Origin: Fibrobacteria bacterium
GTDB lineage: Bacteria > Fibrobacterota > Fibrobacteria > UBA11236
Length of the DNA stretch: 61,177 bases
Reading direction: 5' to 3'
Assembly: GCA_021155885.1 (NCBI GenBank)
Contig: JAJNBB010000005.1
Location: 1 to 61,177, forward strand
A model generated the notes under the pieces. That model ran no database searches. It saw only the letters and a list, made by a program, of their open reading frames with translations, and was not told the origin of the DNA. This document shows, in pieces, positions 1 through 9,147 of this stretch. Made by a program: the position numbers and the translations under genes. Each line of letters begins with the position of its first letter. The stretch's first letter is position 1.

Positions 1-247
1 CCGCGGCTCCCGGAACGGAAATTTCGAGGCTGTCCAGCTTGCCGGCGCCATGGCGTTCGCAATGATCGCCCTTGCAGCAACCTTCGGTCGCGTGGCGGTC
101 GCAGCTGCCGTCCTTCTGGCAGCAATCCATGCCGTGGTGATGCGCGTGCGAACCGCCCTGGTAGCACAGGCGCGAGTAGATCTTATGCGCGGCAAAGCCC
201 GCGGCGAAGACGGCGACGAAAGCGAGAACCCATAAGAGCTTTTTCAT
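1..247 (-). CDS. Small Cys/His-rich protein with N-terminal hydrophobic segment (partial, runs off the window)
   Basis: Hand translation from ATG at 247: MKKLLWVLAFVAVFAAGFAAHKIYSRLCYQGGSHAHHHGMDCCQKDGSCDRHATEGCCKGDHCERHGAGKLDSLEISVPGAA...; starts 1 nt after the stop of 249..425; absent from the ORF track. Confidence 0.7.
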   Translation of the reverse strand, partial: MKKLLWVLAFVAVFAAGFAAHKIYSRLCYQGGSHAHHHGMDCCQKDGSCDRHATEGCCKGDHCERHGAGKLDSLEISVPGAA

Positions 248-248
248 T

Positions 249-425
249 TCAGCAATTTCCTTTCTTACAGCACATTTCGGGATCCTTGTGCGCGCCGCTG
301 CCCTGCTGGCAAGTTTTCTTGCAGCAGGTTTCCGCAGCGCTCGGCGCGAAGGAGGTGAGGAAGCCGGCCGCAAAGACGAGGGCGAAGAGGCATCCCCACA
401 TGAATTTTCTGAAGGTGCGACTCAT
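249..425 (-). CDS. Small secreted or membrane-anchored Cys-rich peptide (58 aa)
   Basis: MSRTFRKFMWGCLFALVFAAGFLTSFAPSAAETCCKKTC...MCCKKGNC; signal-like N-terminus; shares W...VFAAGF and CC motifs with its neighbour. Confidence 0.65.
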   Translation of the reverse strand: MSRTFRKFMWGCLFALVFAAGFLTSFAPSAAETCCKKTCQQGSGAHKDPEMCCKKGNC

Positions 426-474
426 GGGTTCCGTAATATAGCCTTTATCCCGGATACTAGATTTAGCCGCTCCC

Positions 475-1632
475 ATGCCCTATTTCGACCACAACGCCAC
501 CACGCCCCCGCTGCCGGAAGCGATGGAGGCCTTGACGCGCACGGCCCTCGAGGCATGGGGCAATCCCTCGAGCCTGCACGAAGCCGGCCGCAAGGCGAAG
601 CAGGTCGTGGAAGAAGCGCGGGAACAGGTGGCGGATTTCCTGCAGGCGAGTCCCCCCGAAATCCTCTTTACCAGCGGCGGCACCGAAGCCTGCAATCTCG
701 GATTGCTGGGGGTGGCCTCGGCGTTTCGACGGGCGCAACGACCGGGCCGGCACATCGTCGCTAGCGCGATCGAGCATCCCGCCGTGAAGGCGCCCTTGAT
801 CGCGCTGGAAGCCGAGGGCTGGGAAGTCACCTGGATCCGGCCCGACGCCGACGGCGTGGTGGCGGTCGAGGCGGTCGAGGCCGCGCTGCGGCCCGACACG
901 GTTCTGTGCGCCGTGATGGCGGCGAACAACGAGGTGGGGTCGATTCAGCCCTATGCCGAAATCGGCGCGCGGCTGCGCGCGCGCGACGTCCTGTATTTCT
1001 GCGACATGATCCAGGCGGTGGGGAAGATCCCGCTCGACCTCGCGGCGGCGAACGTGGACCTCGCCTCTTTTGCCGCGCACAAAATCGGCGGGCCCAAGGG
1101 CGTGGGCGCCCTGTATGTCCGCAAGGGCTTGGCGTCCAGGCCCGAGGCCTTCGTCCGCGGCGGAGGCCAGGAGCGCGGCCTGCGCGGCGGCACGGAGAAC
1201 GTGCCGGGAATCGCGGGCTTCGGCGCGGCCGCGGCCTGGTGGGGGCCGCGCCATGCCTTGAACGAACGCGAACGGCTTCGCGCGCTGCGCGATCTGCTTC
1301 AGGGAGCCTTGCGCGAGCGCATCCCGGAGATTCGGATCAACGGCCCCGCATCGATGTGGCGGCGCCTGCCGAATACCCTGCACGCCAGCTTTCCGGGCGC
1401 GCGGAGCGATACGATGGTGATGGCCCTGGACTTGCGCGGTATCGCGGTGTCGGCGGGCTCGGCCTGCGCCTCGGGCTCGGTCAAACCCTCCGAGGTTTTG
1501 CTGGCCATGGGGCGCTCGCCCGAGGAGGCGGTGTCCGGTCTGCGCTTTTCGCTGGGGTTCGGCAACACCGCCCGGGAAATGCCCGCCCTGGCGGCGGCCG
1601 TCGCGGCGGTGTACGCCGCCGCGCGCCGGTAG
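475..1632 (+). CDS. iscS: Cysteine desulfurase (IscS/NifS family, class V PLP enzyme)
   Basis: YFDHNATT, FTSGGTE, HKIGGPKG (PLP Lys), SAGSAC (catalytic Cys). Confidence 0.92.
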   Translation: MPYFDHNATTPPLPEAMEALTRTALEAWGNPSSLHEAGRKAKQVVEEAREQVADFLQASPPEILFTSGGTEACNLGLLGVASAFRRAQRPGRHIVASAIEHPAVKAPLIALEAEGWEVTWIRPDADGVVAVEAVEAALRPDTVLCAVMAANNEVGSIQPYAEIGARLRARDVLYFCDMIQAVGKIPLDLAAANVDLASFAAHKIGGPKGVGALYVRKGLASRPEAFVRGGGQERGLRGGTENVPGIAGFGAAAAWWGPRHALNERERLRALRDLLQGALRERIPEIRINGPASMWRRLPNTLHASFPGARSDTMVMALDLRGIAVSAGSACASGSVKPSEVLLAMGRSPEEAVSGLRFSLGFGNTAREMPALAAAVAAVYAAARR

Positions 1633-1713
1633 AAAAAGCTCCGCCGGAACCACGCCGGATTACGGCGGAATTTCCAGGACGCCGCCGCGCGCCCGCCTGT
1701 GTATCCTTATTGC

Positions 1714-3177
1714 ATGCCCGCAGCGAAACCCTCCCCCCGGCTCAAGGAAGACGCGATGTACGCGCGCGTGCTCGCGGGCGACGCCGCGTCGAACGGGCGG
1801 TTTTTCTTCGGGGTCACGACGACGGGCATCTACTGCCTGCCCTCGTGCCGCGCGCGGAAACCCCTGCGGAAAAACACCCGGTTCTTTCCCACCGTCGAGG
1901 CCGCGCGCGCGGGAGGCCTGAGGCCCTGCCGCAAGTGCCGCCCGGACGACTTCGCCAGCGGCGCCGATCCCGTGCTGGAATCCATCGAGGCCCTGGTGGC
2001 CGAAATGCGCGCCGACCCGGCGGCCTTTCCCGATGTCCGCGCGGTGGCGCGGCGCTCCGGGTTCGGGCCCACCCGGCTGTTCGAACTGTTCCGCCTGCAC
2101 TACCACGCCACCCCCGCCGACGTGCTTTTACGCGCGCGCCTGGGCGCGGCGCGGGCCCGCCTGCGGGAATCGGGCGCGGGCCTGGCCGCCATCGCCGCCG
2201 AGACGGGCTTCGAATCGCTGTCCGCCTTTCACGACCAGTTCCGCCGGCACGCCGGCCTGACCCCGGCGGCGTATCGCGCCCTCGCGGAAGCTTCCGGCTC
2301 CTTCACTTTGGCCCTGCCCCCGGGGTATCCTCTAAGTTACCTTCGCCGTGCGCTCGGGCGCGACCCCCAAAGCCTTTCGGAGCGTCTCGAGGGCGATGTC
2401 TACACGGCCGGCGCGCGGCTCGCCTCCGGCCCGGTCCGGGTGGTCCTCCGGCTGTCTCCCGAAGCGGTGAAGGCGGAATGGAGCGGTCCCGGGGCTTCGG
2501 CGGGCGCGGCCTACGAGATCCAGGAAAGGGTCGCGGGCATGCTCGGCTTCGATCAGGACGCCGCCGCCTTCGCCCGCCTCGCCCGCAGGCTCGGGTTCGC
2601 GCGCCTCGTCGCGGGCCGCCCGGAACTGCGCGTCGTCCAAAGCCTCACCGTGTTCGACGGGCTGCTGTGGGCCATCCTCGGGCAGCAAATCAACATGCCC
2701 TTCGCCTTCCTGTTGCGCGCCCGCCTGATCCGGCTCGCGGGGGAACCGCTCGACGATGGCCTTTATGCGCCCCCCGCGCCCGCCGCGGTCGCGGCGTTGG
2801 CGGCGGAAGACCTGCTTCCGTTGCAATTCTCCCGGCAGAAGGCGCAGTATGTGATCCGCGCCGCCCGCCTGGTCGCCGACGGCGCGCTCGCCCTCGAAAA
2901 CCTGCGCGCGTCCTCGGCGACCCGCGCCGAGCGGACCTTGCTTGCCGTGCACGGCCTCGGCCCTTGGTCGGTAAACTACCTGATGATGCGCTCTCTCGGC
3001 TTTGCCGATTGCGTTCCCTACGGCGACACCGGCGTGACCCGCGGGCTGCAAACCTTGATGCATCTTGAGGAACGCCCCGACATCCCCGCCACGCGCCGCC
3101 TCATGGCCGCCTTCGCGCCCTGGCGCAGCCTGGCCACCGCGCATCTCTGGCAACTGCATCAACCGGAGCCGTCATGA
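1714..3177 (+). CDS. alkA: Ada Zn-binding/AraC HTH fused to AlkA DNA-3-methyladenine glycosylase
   Basis: GIYCLPSC...RPCRKCRP Ada Zn site; AraC HTH; ILGQQI, HhH GLGPWS, PYGD; start uncertain (1714 or 1756). Confidence 0.9.
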   Translation: MPAAKPSPRLKEDAMYARVLAGDAASNGRFFFGVTTTGIYCLPSCRARKPLRKNTRFFPTVEAARAGGLRPCRKCRPDDFASGADPVLESIEALVAEMRADPAAFPDVRAVARRSGFGPTRLFELFRLHYHATPADVLLRARLGAARARLRESGAGLAAIAAETGFESLSAFHDQFRRHAGLTPAAYRALAEASGSFTLALPPGYPLSYLRRALGRDPQSLSERLEGDVYTAGARLASGPVRVVLRLSPEAVKAEWSGPGASAGAAYEIQERVAGMLGFDQDAAAFARLARRLGFARLVAGRPELRVVQSLTVFDGLLWAILGQQINMPFAFLLRARLIRLAGEPLDDGLYAPPAPAAVAALAAEDLLPLQFSRQKAQYVIRAARLVADGALALENLRASSATRAERTLLAVHGLGPWSVNYLMMRSLGFADCVPYGDTGVTRGLQTLMHLEERPDIPATRRLMAAFAPWRSLATAHLWQLHQPEPS

Positions 3178-3680
3178 AACCCGACGCGAAACTTTTCTAC
3201 GACACCTTCGAGACCCCCGCGGGCCCTTTTTCCATCGCGGCGAACGAACGCGGCGCGATCGCCGCCGCCGTGTTCGGAACCTACCCCGCGCTGCGGAAAT
3301 GCCTGAAGGGAAAAGAGGCGGCCCGCGACCCCGGCGCCGTTCTTCCGCTGCGGCGGCAGGTCGAGGCCTACTTCGCGGGCAGCCGCGCGCCCTTCGAGTT
3401 CGAGCTCGCGGTGGAGGCGTCGCCTTTTCAGGACAAGGTTTGGAAGGCGCTGCGCGAAATCCCGCACGGGCAAACCCGCAGTTATGGAGAACTGGCCAGG
3501 GCCTTGGGGAATCCGGGGGCTTCGCGCGCGGTAGGCCGCGCGAACGGCGCCAACCCCGTGTGCCTTTTCGTGCCCTGCCATCGCGTGATCGGCGCGGACG
3601 GCTCCCTGACCGGCTATGCCTACGGCGAGGAGATCAAGCGGAAGCTGCTGGAGCTTGAAGGGAGTAACAAGGGTTGTTAG
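3174..3680 (+). CDS. ogt: Methylated-DNA-protein-cysteine S-methyltransferase
   Basis: PCHRV active site, SRAVGRANGANP; ATGA overlap with alkA. Confidence 0.93.
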   Translation: MKPDAKLFYDTFETPAGPFSIAANERGAIAAAVFGTYPALRKCLKGKEAARDPGAVLPLRRQVEAYFAGSRAPFEFELAVEASPFQDKVWKALREIPHGQTRSYGELARALGNPGASRAVGRANGANPVCLFVPCHRVIGADGSLTGYAYGEEIKRKLLELEGSNKGC

Positions 3681-3857
3681 TTGTCGGTTGTTGGTTGTTC
3701 GAAGAACAGGGCAGGCGGTTTACGCTTTAACCGACAGCCGACAACCAACAACCGACAACCAACAACCGACAACCAACAATCGACAACCAACAATCGACAA
3801 CCAACAATCGACAACCAACAATCGACAACCAACAATCGACAACCAACAACCAATAAC
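3673..3857. repeat. Heptamer inverted-arm element: 4x GTTGTYN, 28-nt spacer, 18x AAYCRAC-type units
   Basis: Read directly; right arm contains (AACCAAC AATCGAC)x5. Confidence 0.9.
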
Positions 3858-3868
3858 TCTTCTTCTCG

Positions 3869-4435
3869 TTATTCCACCTTCGCGACGACGTCGATCCGGA
3901 TTTCGAGGTCGTCCTCGACGGGAATCAGCAGGAGCCTTGGCCGCTCGATCTTGAACTCGGTCAGGCTGACCTTGAACCCGCCCTGAATCCGGACCTTGTT
4001 CCCGGATACCTGCGGCGAGACCTTGAAGTTCAGGGAGCGCTTGACGCCATGAAAGGTGAGCCGGCCGAACACGCGCCAATCCTTCCCCTCGCGCCGCACG
4101 GAATCGCCGAGGAACTCGACGTGCGGGTATTTCGTGGCCTCCAGGACCTCCAGCACGTTGGCGTCGCGGGTGGAGTTGCCGCTGTTGAACCCCGCCACGG
4201 CGCCTTTCACGTGAATCCGGGTCTTCGTGGTGTCGGTCTCGAGTTCCACGCGGCACTTGAAATTCTTGCTGACGCCCGTGATCTCATGCATTTTGTGGAT
4301 GAGCGTATACGAAAGCGTCGACTCGTCCTTGAGGGCGGCGTGGACCTTCGCCTGCGCGGGGACGCCAGCGCAGATCAGCCCCCCGCCGAAGGCGAAGATC
4401 CCGCTTGTCAGGATTTCGCGAAGTCGAGTGCTCAT
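3869..4435 (-). CDS. YceI-family lipid/polyisoprenoid-binding protein
   Basis: FNSGNSTRD, KYP, GRLTFHGV, SLTEFKIE; signal-like N-terminus. Confidence 0.85.
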   Translation of the reverse strand: MSTRLREILTSGIFAFGGGLICAGVPAQAKVHAALKDESTLSYTLIHKMHEITGVSKNFKCRVELETDTTKTRIHVKGAVAGFNSGNSTRDANVLEVLEATKYPHVEFLGDSVRREGKDWRVFGRLTFHGVKRSLNFKVSPQVSGNKVRIQGGFKVSLTEFKIERPRLLLIPVEDDLEIRIDVVAKVE

Positions 4436-4532
4436 ATCCCCCTTAAGATATGTTCGAACGGATAAAAAAACGCGCATGCGATCTTTACTATTTTCGATGC
4501 ACTATCGAGGCCGCCGAATTTAGGCCGAAATA

Positions 4533-5549
4533 ATGGTTCCCCCGGGGAAAATCGTGCGCACCCTTCTCCTGATTTTCGCCTGCCTGTCGCTCCTTTCCGG
4601 ACGGATTCACGCGCGGCTTCCCGACACGACGGTCACCTACGCGCGCGTCGACAGCCTCGACCTGAAACTCGACCTGTATCTCGTGGGTCGTCCCACCGGA
4701 GAAGGCCAGCCCCCCAACGTCCAGCCGTTCATTTCTCCCTTGATCGTGCCGCCCTTGATTCGTCGTCCGCTGATCGTGTGGATTCACGGCGGCGGATGGC
4801 GCGGAGGCAGCCGCGCGGACTTTTCTCCCGCCTGGACCTGGGTCGATTCCGGTTACTCCGTGGCGAGCCTGGACTACCGGCTGAGCCAACAAAAAAAATG
4901 GCCCGCGCAACTCAAGGACGTGAAGGCGGCGATCCGGTGGCTGCGCGCGAACGCGGACGCGTTCGCTTTGGACACCGCGCGCTTCATCGCTTGGGGCGAA
5001 TCGGCGGGCGGCCACCTGGCCGCGATGGCGGGCCTGACCACGCCCGCCGATGCGTTCGACGGCGAGGTGGAGGACTCGCTCAAGACGAGCAGTCACGTGC
5101 GGGGAGTGATCGATTACTACGGTCCCACCAACTTCCTCGAGCCCATTCCCAAGCGCTGGACTCCCTGGTCCTCGGTGGGGGAACTCCTCGGTTGCGGCGT
5201 TCGTAAATGCATGGACCGCGCGCGGTGGGCCAGCCCCGTGTCCTATGTGAACCCGGGAGACGTGCCCTTTCTGATCGTGCATGGGACCCTGGATACGACC
5301 GTTCCCCTGACCCAAAGCCTTTTGCTCGACTCGTTGCTCCGGGCGGCGCAGGTGCCGGTGGAACTACGCACCGTCGAGGGGGAGCACGGAGGGCCCGCCT
5401 TCCTCGCCGACAGCACGTTGGCCTGGGTCAGCGCCTTTCTGACCCGCGTCCTCGGTCCCGTGGCGCCCGCTCCCGGGCCCGCCCTCCTCCCGGCGCCACG
5501 CCCGGGCGTTCCGGAGGCATATTCGCCGGGTTCTTCCCGGGCCCCCTGA
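4533..5549 (+). CDS. Secreted alpha/beta hydrolase (HSL/BD-FAE-like esterase)
   Basis: HGGGW oxyanion motif, GESAGG nucleophile, HGTLD and GEHG. Confidence 0.88.
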   Translation: MVPPGKIVRTLLLIFACLSLLSGRIHARLPDTTVTYARVDSLDLKLDLYLVGRPTGEGQPPNVQPFISPLIVPPLIRRPLIVWIHGGGWRGGSRADFSPAWTWVDSGYSVASLDYRLSQQKKWPAQLKDVKAAIRWLRANADAFALDTARFIAWGESAGGHLAAMAGLTTPADAFDGEVEDSLKTSSHVRGVIDYYGPTNFLEPIPKRWTPWSSVGELLGCGVRKCMDRARWASPVSYVNPGDVPFLIVHGTLDTTVPLTQSLLLDSLLRAAQVPVELRTVEGEHGGPAFLADSTLAWVSAFLTRVLGPVAPAPGPALLPAPRPGVPEAYSPGSSRAP

Positions 5550-5604
5550 ACCCTTCCCTTGCCCCCTCGAAGTCCTATATTTCCACGCGCACGGAGGATT
5601 TTAC

Positions 5605-6669
5605 ATGACCGTCTTCGCCGAAACCTATCCCGTCAATGCCCAAAATCTGGCTGAAAAGAGCCTTCAGGGCGAGGAACTGACCCGCGAAGAAGCGCTGGCG
5701 GTCTTGAACTGGCCGGCGGACGACATCCTGACCTTGATGCAGGGCGCCTTTCGCGTGCGCCAGGAATATTTCGGCAAGCGCGTCAAGCTCAACTTCCTGC
5801 TGAACGTGCAAAGCGGCATCTGCCCCGAAGACTGCGGGTATTGCTCCCAGTCGCGCGTTTCGGACGCCCCCGTGGACAAGTACAAGCTGATGGGTCCGGA
5901 CGACATCCTCGAGGCCGCCGAGAAGGCGATCGCCAACAAGGCCACGCGCCTGTGCATGGTGGCTTCGATGCGCGGCCCGACCGACAAGGACGTGAACTCC
6001 GTCGCCGCGGCGATCCGCCAGGTGAAGTCGACCTACCCGCAGCTCGAGCTGTGCGCGTGCCTGGGCCTGCTCAAGGACGGACAGGCGGAGCGCCTGGAAG
6101 CGGCCGGCGTGACGGCCTACAACCACAACCTGAACACCTCGGAGCGCCATTACGACGACGTGTGCTCGACGCACACCTTCGCCGACCGCCTCGACACCGT
6201 GAGCAAGGTCCAGAAGGCCGGCATTTCCGCCTGCAGCGGCGCGCTTTTCGGCATGAGCGAAACCGACGAGGACATCCTGGAGGTGGGCCAGCGCCTGCGC
6301 GAGATGCAGGTCGAGTCGATTCCGGTCAACTTCCTCGTCCCCGTGCCCGGCACGCCCTTCGTCGCCAAACAGGAGCTCACCCCGGTGCAGTGCCTGCGCA
6401 TCCTGGCGCTGTTCCGCTTCCTCAACCCGCGCGCCACCCTGCGCATCGCGGGCGGGCGCGAGCTGCACCTGCGCAGCCTGCAGCCGCTGGGGCTCTTCGC
6501 CGCCAACTCGATCTTCGTGGGCGACTACCTCACCACCGAGGGGCAGGCCGCCAACCTTGACATCGAAATGATCCGCGACCTGGGCTTCGAACTCGAGGGC
6601 GAAATCCCGGGCGCCGGCGCCGCGGAGACGGCGCTATCGGAACGGGTGAAATTCACGCATCGGGGATAA
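5605..6669 (+). CDS. bioB: Biotin synthase
   Basis: CPEDCGYCSQS radical SAM motif, YNHNLNTS, IPVNFL, ANSIFVGDYLTT; GGAGG RBS. Confidence 0.96.
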   Translation: MTVFAETYPVNAQNLAEKSLQGEELTREEALAVLNWPADDILTLMQGAFRVRQEYFGKRVKLNFLLNVQSGICPEDCGYCSQSRVSDAPVDKYKLMGPDDILEAAEKAIANKATRLCMVASMRGPTDKDVNSVAAAIRQVKSTYPQLELCACLGLLKDGQAERLEAAGVTAYNHNLNTSERHYDDVCSTHTFADRLDTVSKVQKAGISACSGALFGMSETDEDILEVGQRLREMQVESIPVNFLVPVPGTPFVAKQELTPVQCLRILALFRFLNPRATLRIAGGRELHLRSLQPLGLFAANSIFVGDYLTTEGQAANLDIEMIRDLGFELEGEIPGAGAAETALSERVKFTHRG

Positions 6670-6680
6670 CGGTATGGGTC

Positions 6681-6708
6681 GTAGGGGTGGACGGCCGTCC
6701 ACCCCTAC
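6681..6708. repeat. GTAG-type REP-like perfect 28-bp palindrome
   Basis: GTAGGGGTGGACGG|CCGTCCACCCCTAC. Confidence 0.8.
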
Positions 6709-6735
6709 ATTTCCCCCGTTCCGACCCATTCAACC

Positions 6736-7380
6736 ATGATCGTCATCGTCGATTATAACGCCGGCAACCTCACGTCCGTGCAACTGGCGCTTCGCGCCGA
6801 GGGCGTCGAGGCCGTGATCTCGCGCGACCCCGCGGTGATCGCCGCCGCCGAACGCCTGATCTTTCCCGGCGTCGGCGCCGCGGGCTCGGCCATGGAGGGC
6901 CTGCGCGGCCTCCGGCTCGACCAGACCGTCCGCGACTTCGTGGCTTCCGGAAAACCGTTTCTTGGCATTTGCATCGGCTGCCAGGTGATCCTCGCCACCA
7001 GTGACGAAGACGGCGGCACCGCCTGCCTCGGCATCCTGCCCGGCGCGGTGAAAGCCTTCCCGCAAATTCCCGGCGTCAAGATCCCCCACATGGGCTGGAA
7101 CCAGGTGGATTTCACGCGCGCCCACCCCGTGCTCGCGGGCATTCCCTCGGGATCGGACTTCTACTTCGTGCACAGCTACTACCCCGCGCTGGAGAAAGCC
7201 TCCACCCGAAACGTGGCCGCTAACGCGGCCGTGGCGCTTGGCGAAACGGAATACGCCGGCGTCACCTTCCCCGCGATCTACGCGCGCGGCAACGTCGTGG
7301 CCTGCCAGTTTCATACGGAGAAGAGCGGGCCGATGGGGCTGAGGCTGTTGAAGAATTTCTGCGGATGGAACGGAGGTTAG
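6736..7380 (+). CDS. hisH: Imidazole glycerol phosphate synthase, glutaminase subunit
   Basis: DYNAGN, PGVG, GICIG, PHMGWN, YFVHSY, QFHTEKS. Confidence 0.95.
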   Translation: MIVIVDYNAGNLTSVQLALRAEGVEAVISRDPAVIAAAERLIFPGVGAAGSAMEGLRGLRLDQTVRDFVASGKPFLGICIGCQVILATSDEDGGTACLGILPGAVKAFPQIPGVKIPHMGWNQVDFTRAHPVLAGIPSGSDFYFVHSYYPALEKASTRNVAANAAVALGETEYAGVTFPAIYARGNVVACQFHTEKSGPMGLRLLKNFCGWNGG

Positions 7381-7500
7381 TTGTTGGTTGTTAGTACTTG
7401 GTTGTTAGAGAGTACAAGCTCATTTTCAGGAATACTCCTACAAGAGTATCCTTTGGCTGCGTCCTTCGCCCAACAACCAACAACCAACAACCAACAACTC
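7376..7500. repeat. Heptamer inverted-arm element (GTTGTTR / CAACAAC x4) between hisH and hisF
   Basis: Arms at 7380-7407 and 7471-7498; internal hairpin AGGAATACTC...GAGTATCCT. Confidence 0.85.
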
Positions 7501-7505
7501 TTCGT

Positions 7506-8288
7506 ATGCTAACCAAACGCCTCATCATCTGCCTCGACGTGCGCAACCGCATGGTGACGAAGGGCGTCAAGTTCCAGGGCAACGTGGACCTGGGCGATCC
7601 CGTGGAAATGGCCGCGCAGTATTACCGCGACGGCGTGGACGAGCTGGTGTTCTACGACATCATGGCGTCGGCCGAGGGGCGCCCGATCGACATCGGCATG
7701 GTGCGCGACGTGGCGAAGCACGTGTTCATTCCCTTCAGCGTGGGGGGCGGCATCCGCCACCTCGAGGACATGCGCGAAGTGCTGCTGGCGGGGGCCGAAA
7801 AGGTGAGCGTGAACTCGCTGGCCGTGAAGAATCCCGGCATCATCCGCGAAGGGGCGCGGGCGTTCGGCAACCAGTGCATCGTCCTGGGCATGGACGCGCG
7901 CCGGACGACGGATCCGAAATATCCCTCGGGCTATGAAGTGGTGATCCAGGGGGGGCGGACTCCCGTGGGCCTCGATGCCGTCGCATGGGCGCGGCAGGCC
8001 GAAGGCCTGGGCGCCGGCGAGATCTGCCTCAACAGCATCGACGCCGACGGCACGAAGGAAGGCTACGACCTCGAGCTGACCCGCAAGGTCTCCGAGGCCG
8101 TGGGAATCCCCGTGATCGCCTCGGGCGGCGCGGGTGTTCCCGGACATCTGGTGGATGTTCTCACTCTGGGGAAAGCCGACGCGGCGCTGGTCGCGAGCAT
8201 GGTCCACTACGGAACTTATTCCGTGGAGGGCATCAAGACGGCCATGGCGGCGGCGGGCCTGCCCGTGCGGGGCAAGCCCTCCTTGTAA
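7506..8288 (+). CDS. hisF: Imidazole glycerol phosphate synthase, cyclase subunit
   Basis: [41 protein letters not shown]; the ORF-track N-terminal extension is translated repeat. Confidence 0.95.
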   Translation: MLTKRLIICLDVRNRMVTKGVKFQGNVDLGDPVEMAAQYYRDGVDELVFYDIMASAEGRPIDIGMVRDVAKHVFIPFSVGGGIRHLEDMREVLLAGAEKVSVNSLAVKNPGIIREGARAFGNQCIVLGMDARRTTDPKYPSGYEVVIQGGRTPVGLDAVAWARQAEGLGAGEICLNSIDADGTKEGYDLELTRKVSEAVGIPVIASGGAGVPGHLVDVLTLGKADAALVASMVHYGTYSVEGIKTAMAAAGLPVRGKPSL

Positions 8289-8301
8289 AGCCGTTCGGCC
8301 G

Positions 8302-9057
8302 TCAAGCGGCCGTCATGCCTCCGTCCACGGCCAGGTCCGTGCCGGTGATGAAACCGGCATCCCGCGAAGCCAGGAACGCCACCGCTCCCGCGATTTCCTC
8401 GTCGGTGCCGAAGCGTCCCATGGGCACGATTTTGGAGATCTCCCCGCGCAAGGCGTCCAGGCCCTCGGGCGGCAGTCCGATTTTGTGCAAGGCGGGCGTG
8501 TCCACCGGACCGGGACTCATGGAGTTGACGCGTATGCCGCGCGGCGCGAGTTCGACGGCCAGGGAACGAACCATGGCCAGAAGCGCGCCCTTCGTCCCCG
8601 TGTAGGGCCCTTGGTTGGGCAGCCCGACGTAGGCGATGGTGGATCCGCAGAAGACCACGGAACTTCCCCGGCCCATGAGCGGCAGGATTTTTTGCAGCGT
8701 GAAGTATTGTCCTTTCACGTTGACGTCGAATTGCGCGTCGAAACTTTCCTCGTCGACGGCCTCGATGGGCCGGAAGTGAACGATGCCGGCGTTGAGGAAG
8801 GCGAAATCCAGCTTTTCGAAGCGATGCTTGAGTTCGGCGGCGACCCGGTCCGCGTCAGTCAACGACCGCAGGTCGGCGCGCAGGACAACGACGTCGCCGG
8901 GAAGCTCCTTGCGCGCGGCTTCGAGCGTTACGGGATTCTGGCCGGTTACCACCAGCGCGTAGCCGAGCGCGTGCAGGCGCTTGGCGGTAGCCAAGCCGAT
9001 CCCGGTGGTGCCGCCGGTTATGAGGGCGACGGGTTTGGCGTTGGAAGCGGAAGTCAT
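8302..9057 (-). CDS. Classical SDR oxidoreductase
   Basis: TGGTTGIG, NAG, catalytic Ser, YTGTK. Confidence 0.9.
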   Translation of the reverse strand: MTSASNAKPVALITGGTTGIGLATAKRLHALGYALVVTGQNPVTLEAARKELPGDVVVLRADLRSLTDADRVAAELKHRFEKLDFAFLNAGIVHFRPIEAVDEESFDAQFDVNVKGQYFTLQKILPLMGRGSSVVFCGSTIAYVGLPNQGPYTGTKGALLAMVRSLAVELAPRGIRVNSMSPGPVDTPALHKIGLPPEGLDALRGEISKIVPMGRFGTDEEIAGAVAFLASRDAGFITGTDLAVDGGMTAA

Positions 9058-9147
9058 GGGAAAACCTTTCGATGGAAGTGTGTGAAAATCGTGAGCGAAA
9101 ATTCCGGGAGGAGGGGCCGGTGATTAGCGCTTAAAAGGGCGCGCCTC

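Noticed and set aside
50-235. 61-aa plus-strand hydrophobic ORF
   Set aside because: Antisense shadow of the Cys/His-rich minus-strand ORF, which has a paralogous neighbour
3673-3857. Possible CRISPR array
   Set aside because: Contiguous 7-nt units without regular 25-45 nt spacers; no cas genes
3616-4256. ORFs with TTNNRQP / LLVVGCW repeats (also the N-terminal extensions at 7398, 42578, 52955, 55511)
   Set aside because: Translations of the intergenic heptamer arrays, not proteins
6650-6669. BioB ends FTHRG, like the FTHRGCAG protein at 35257
   Set aside because: Five-residue match 29 kb apart with no other similarity; probably chance
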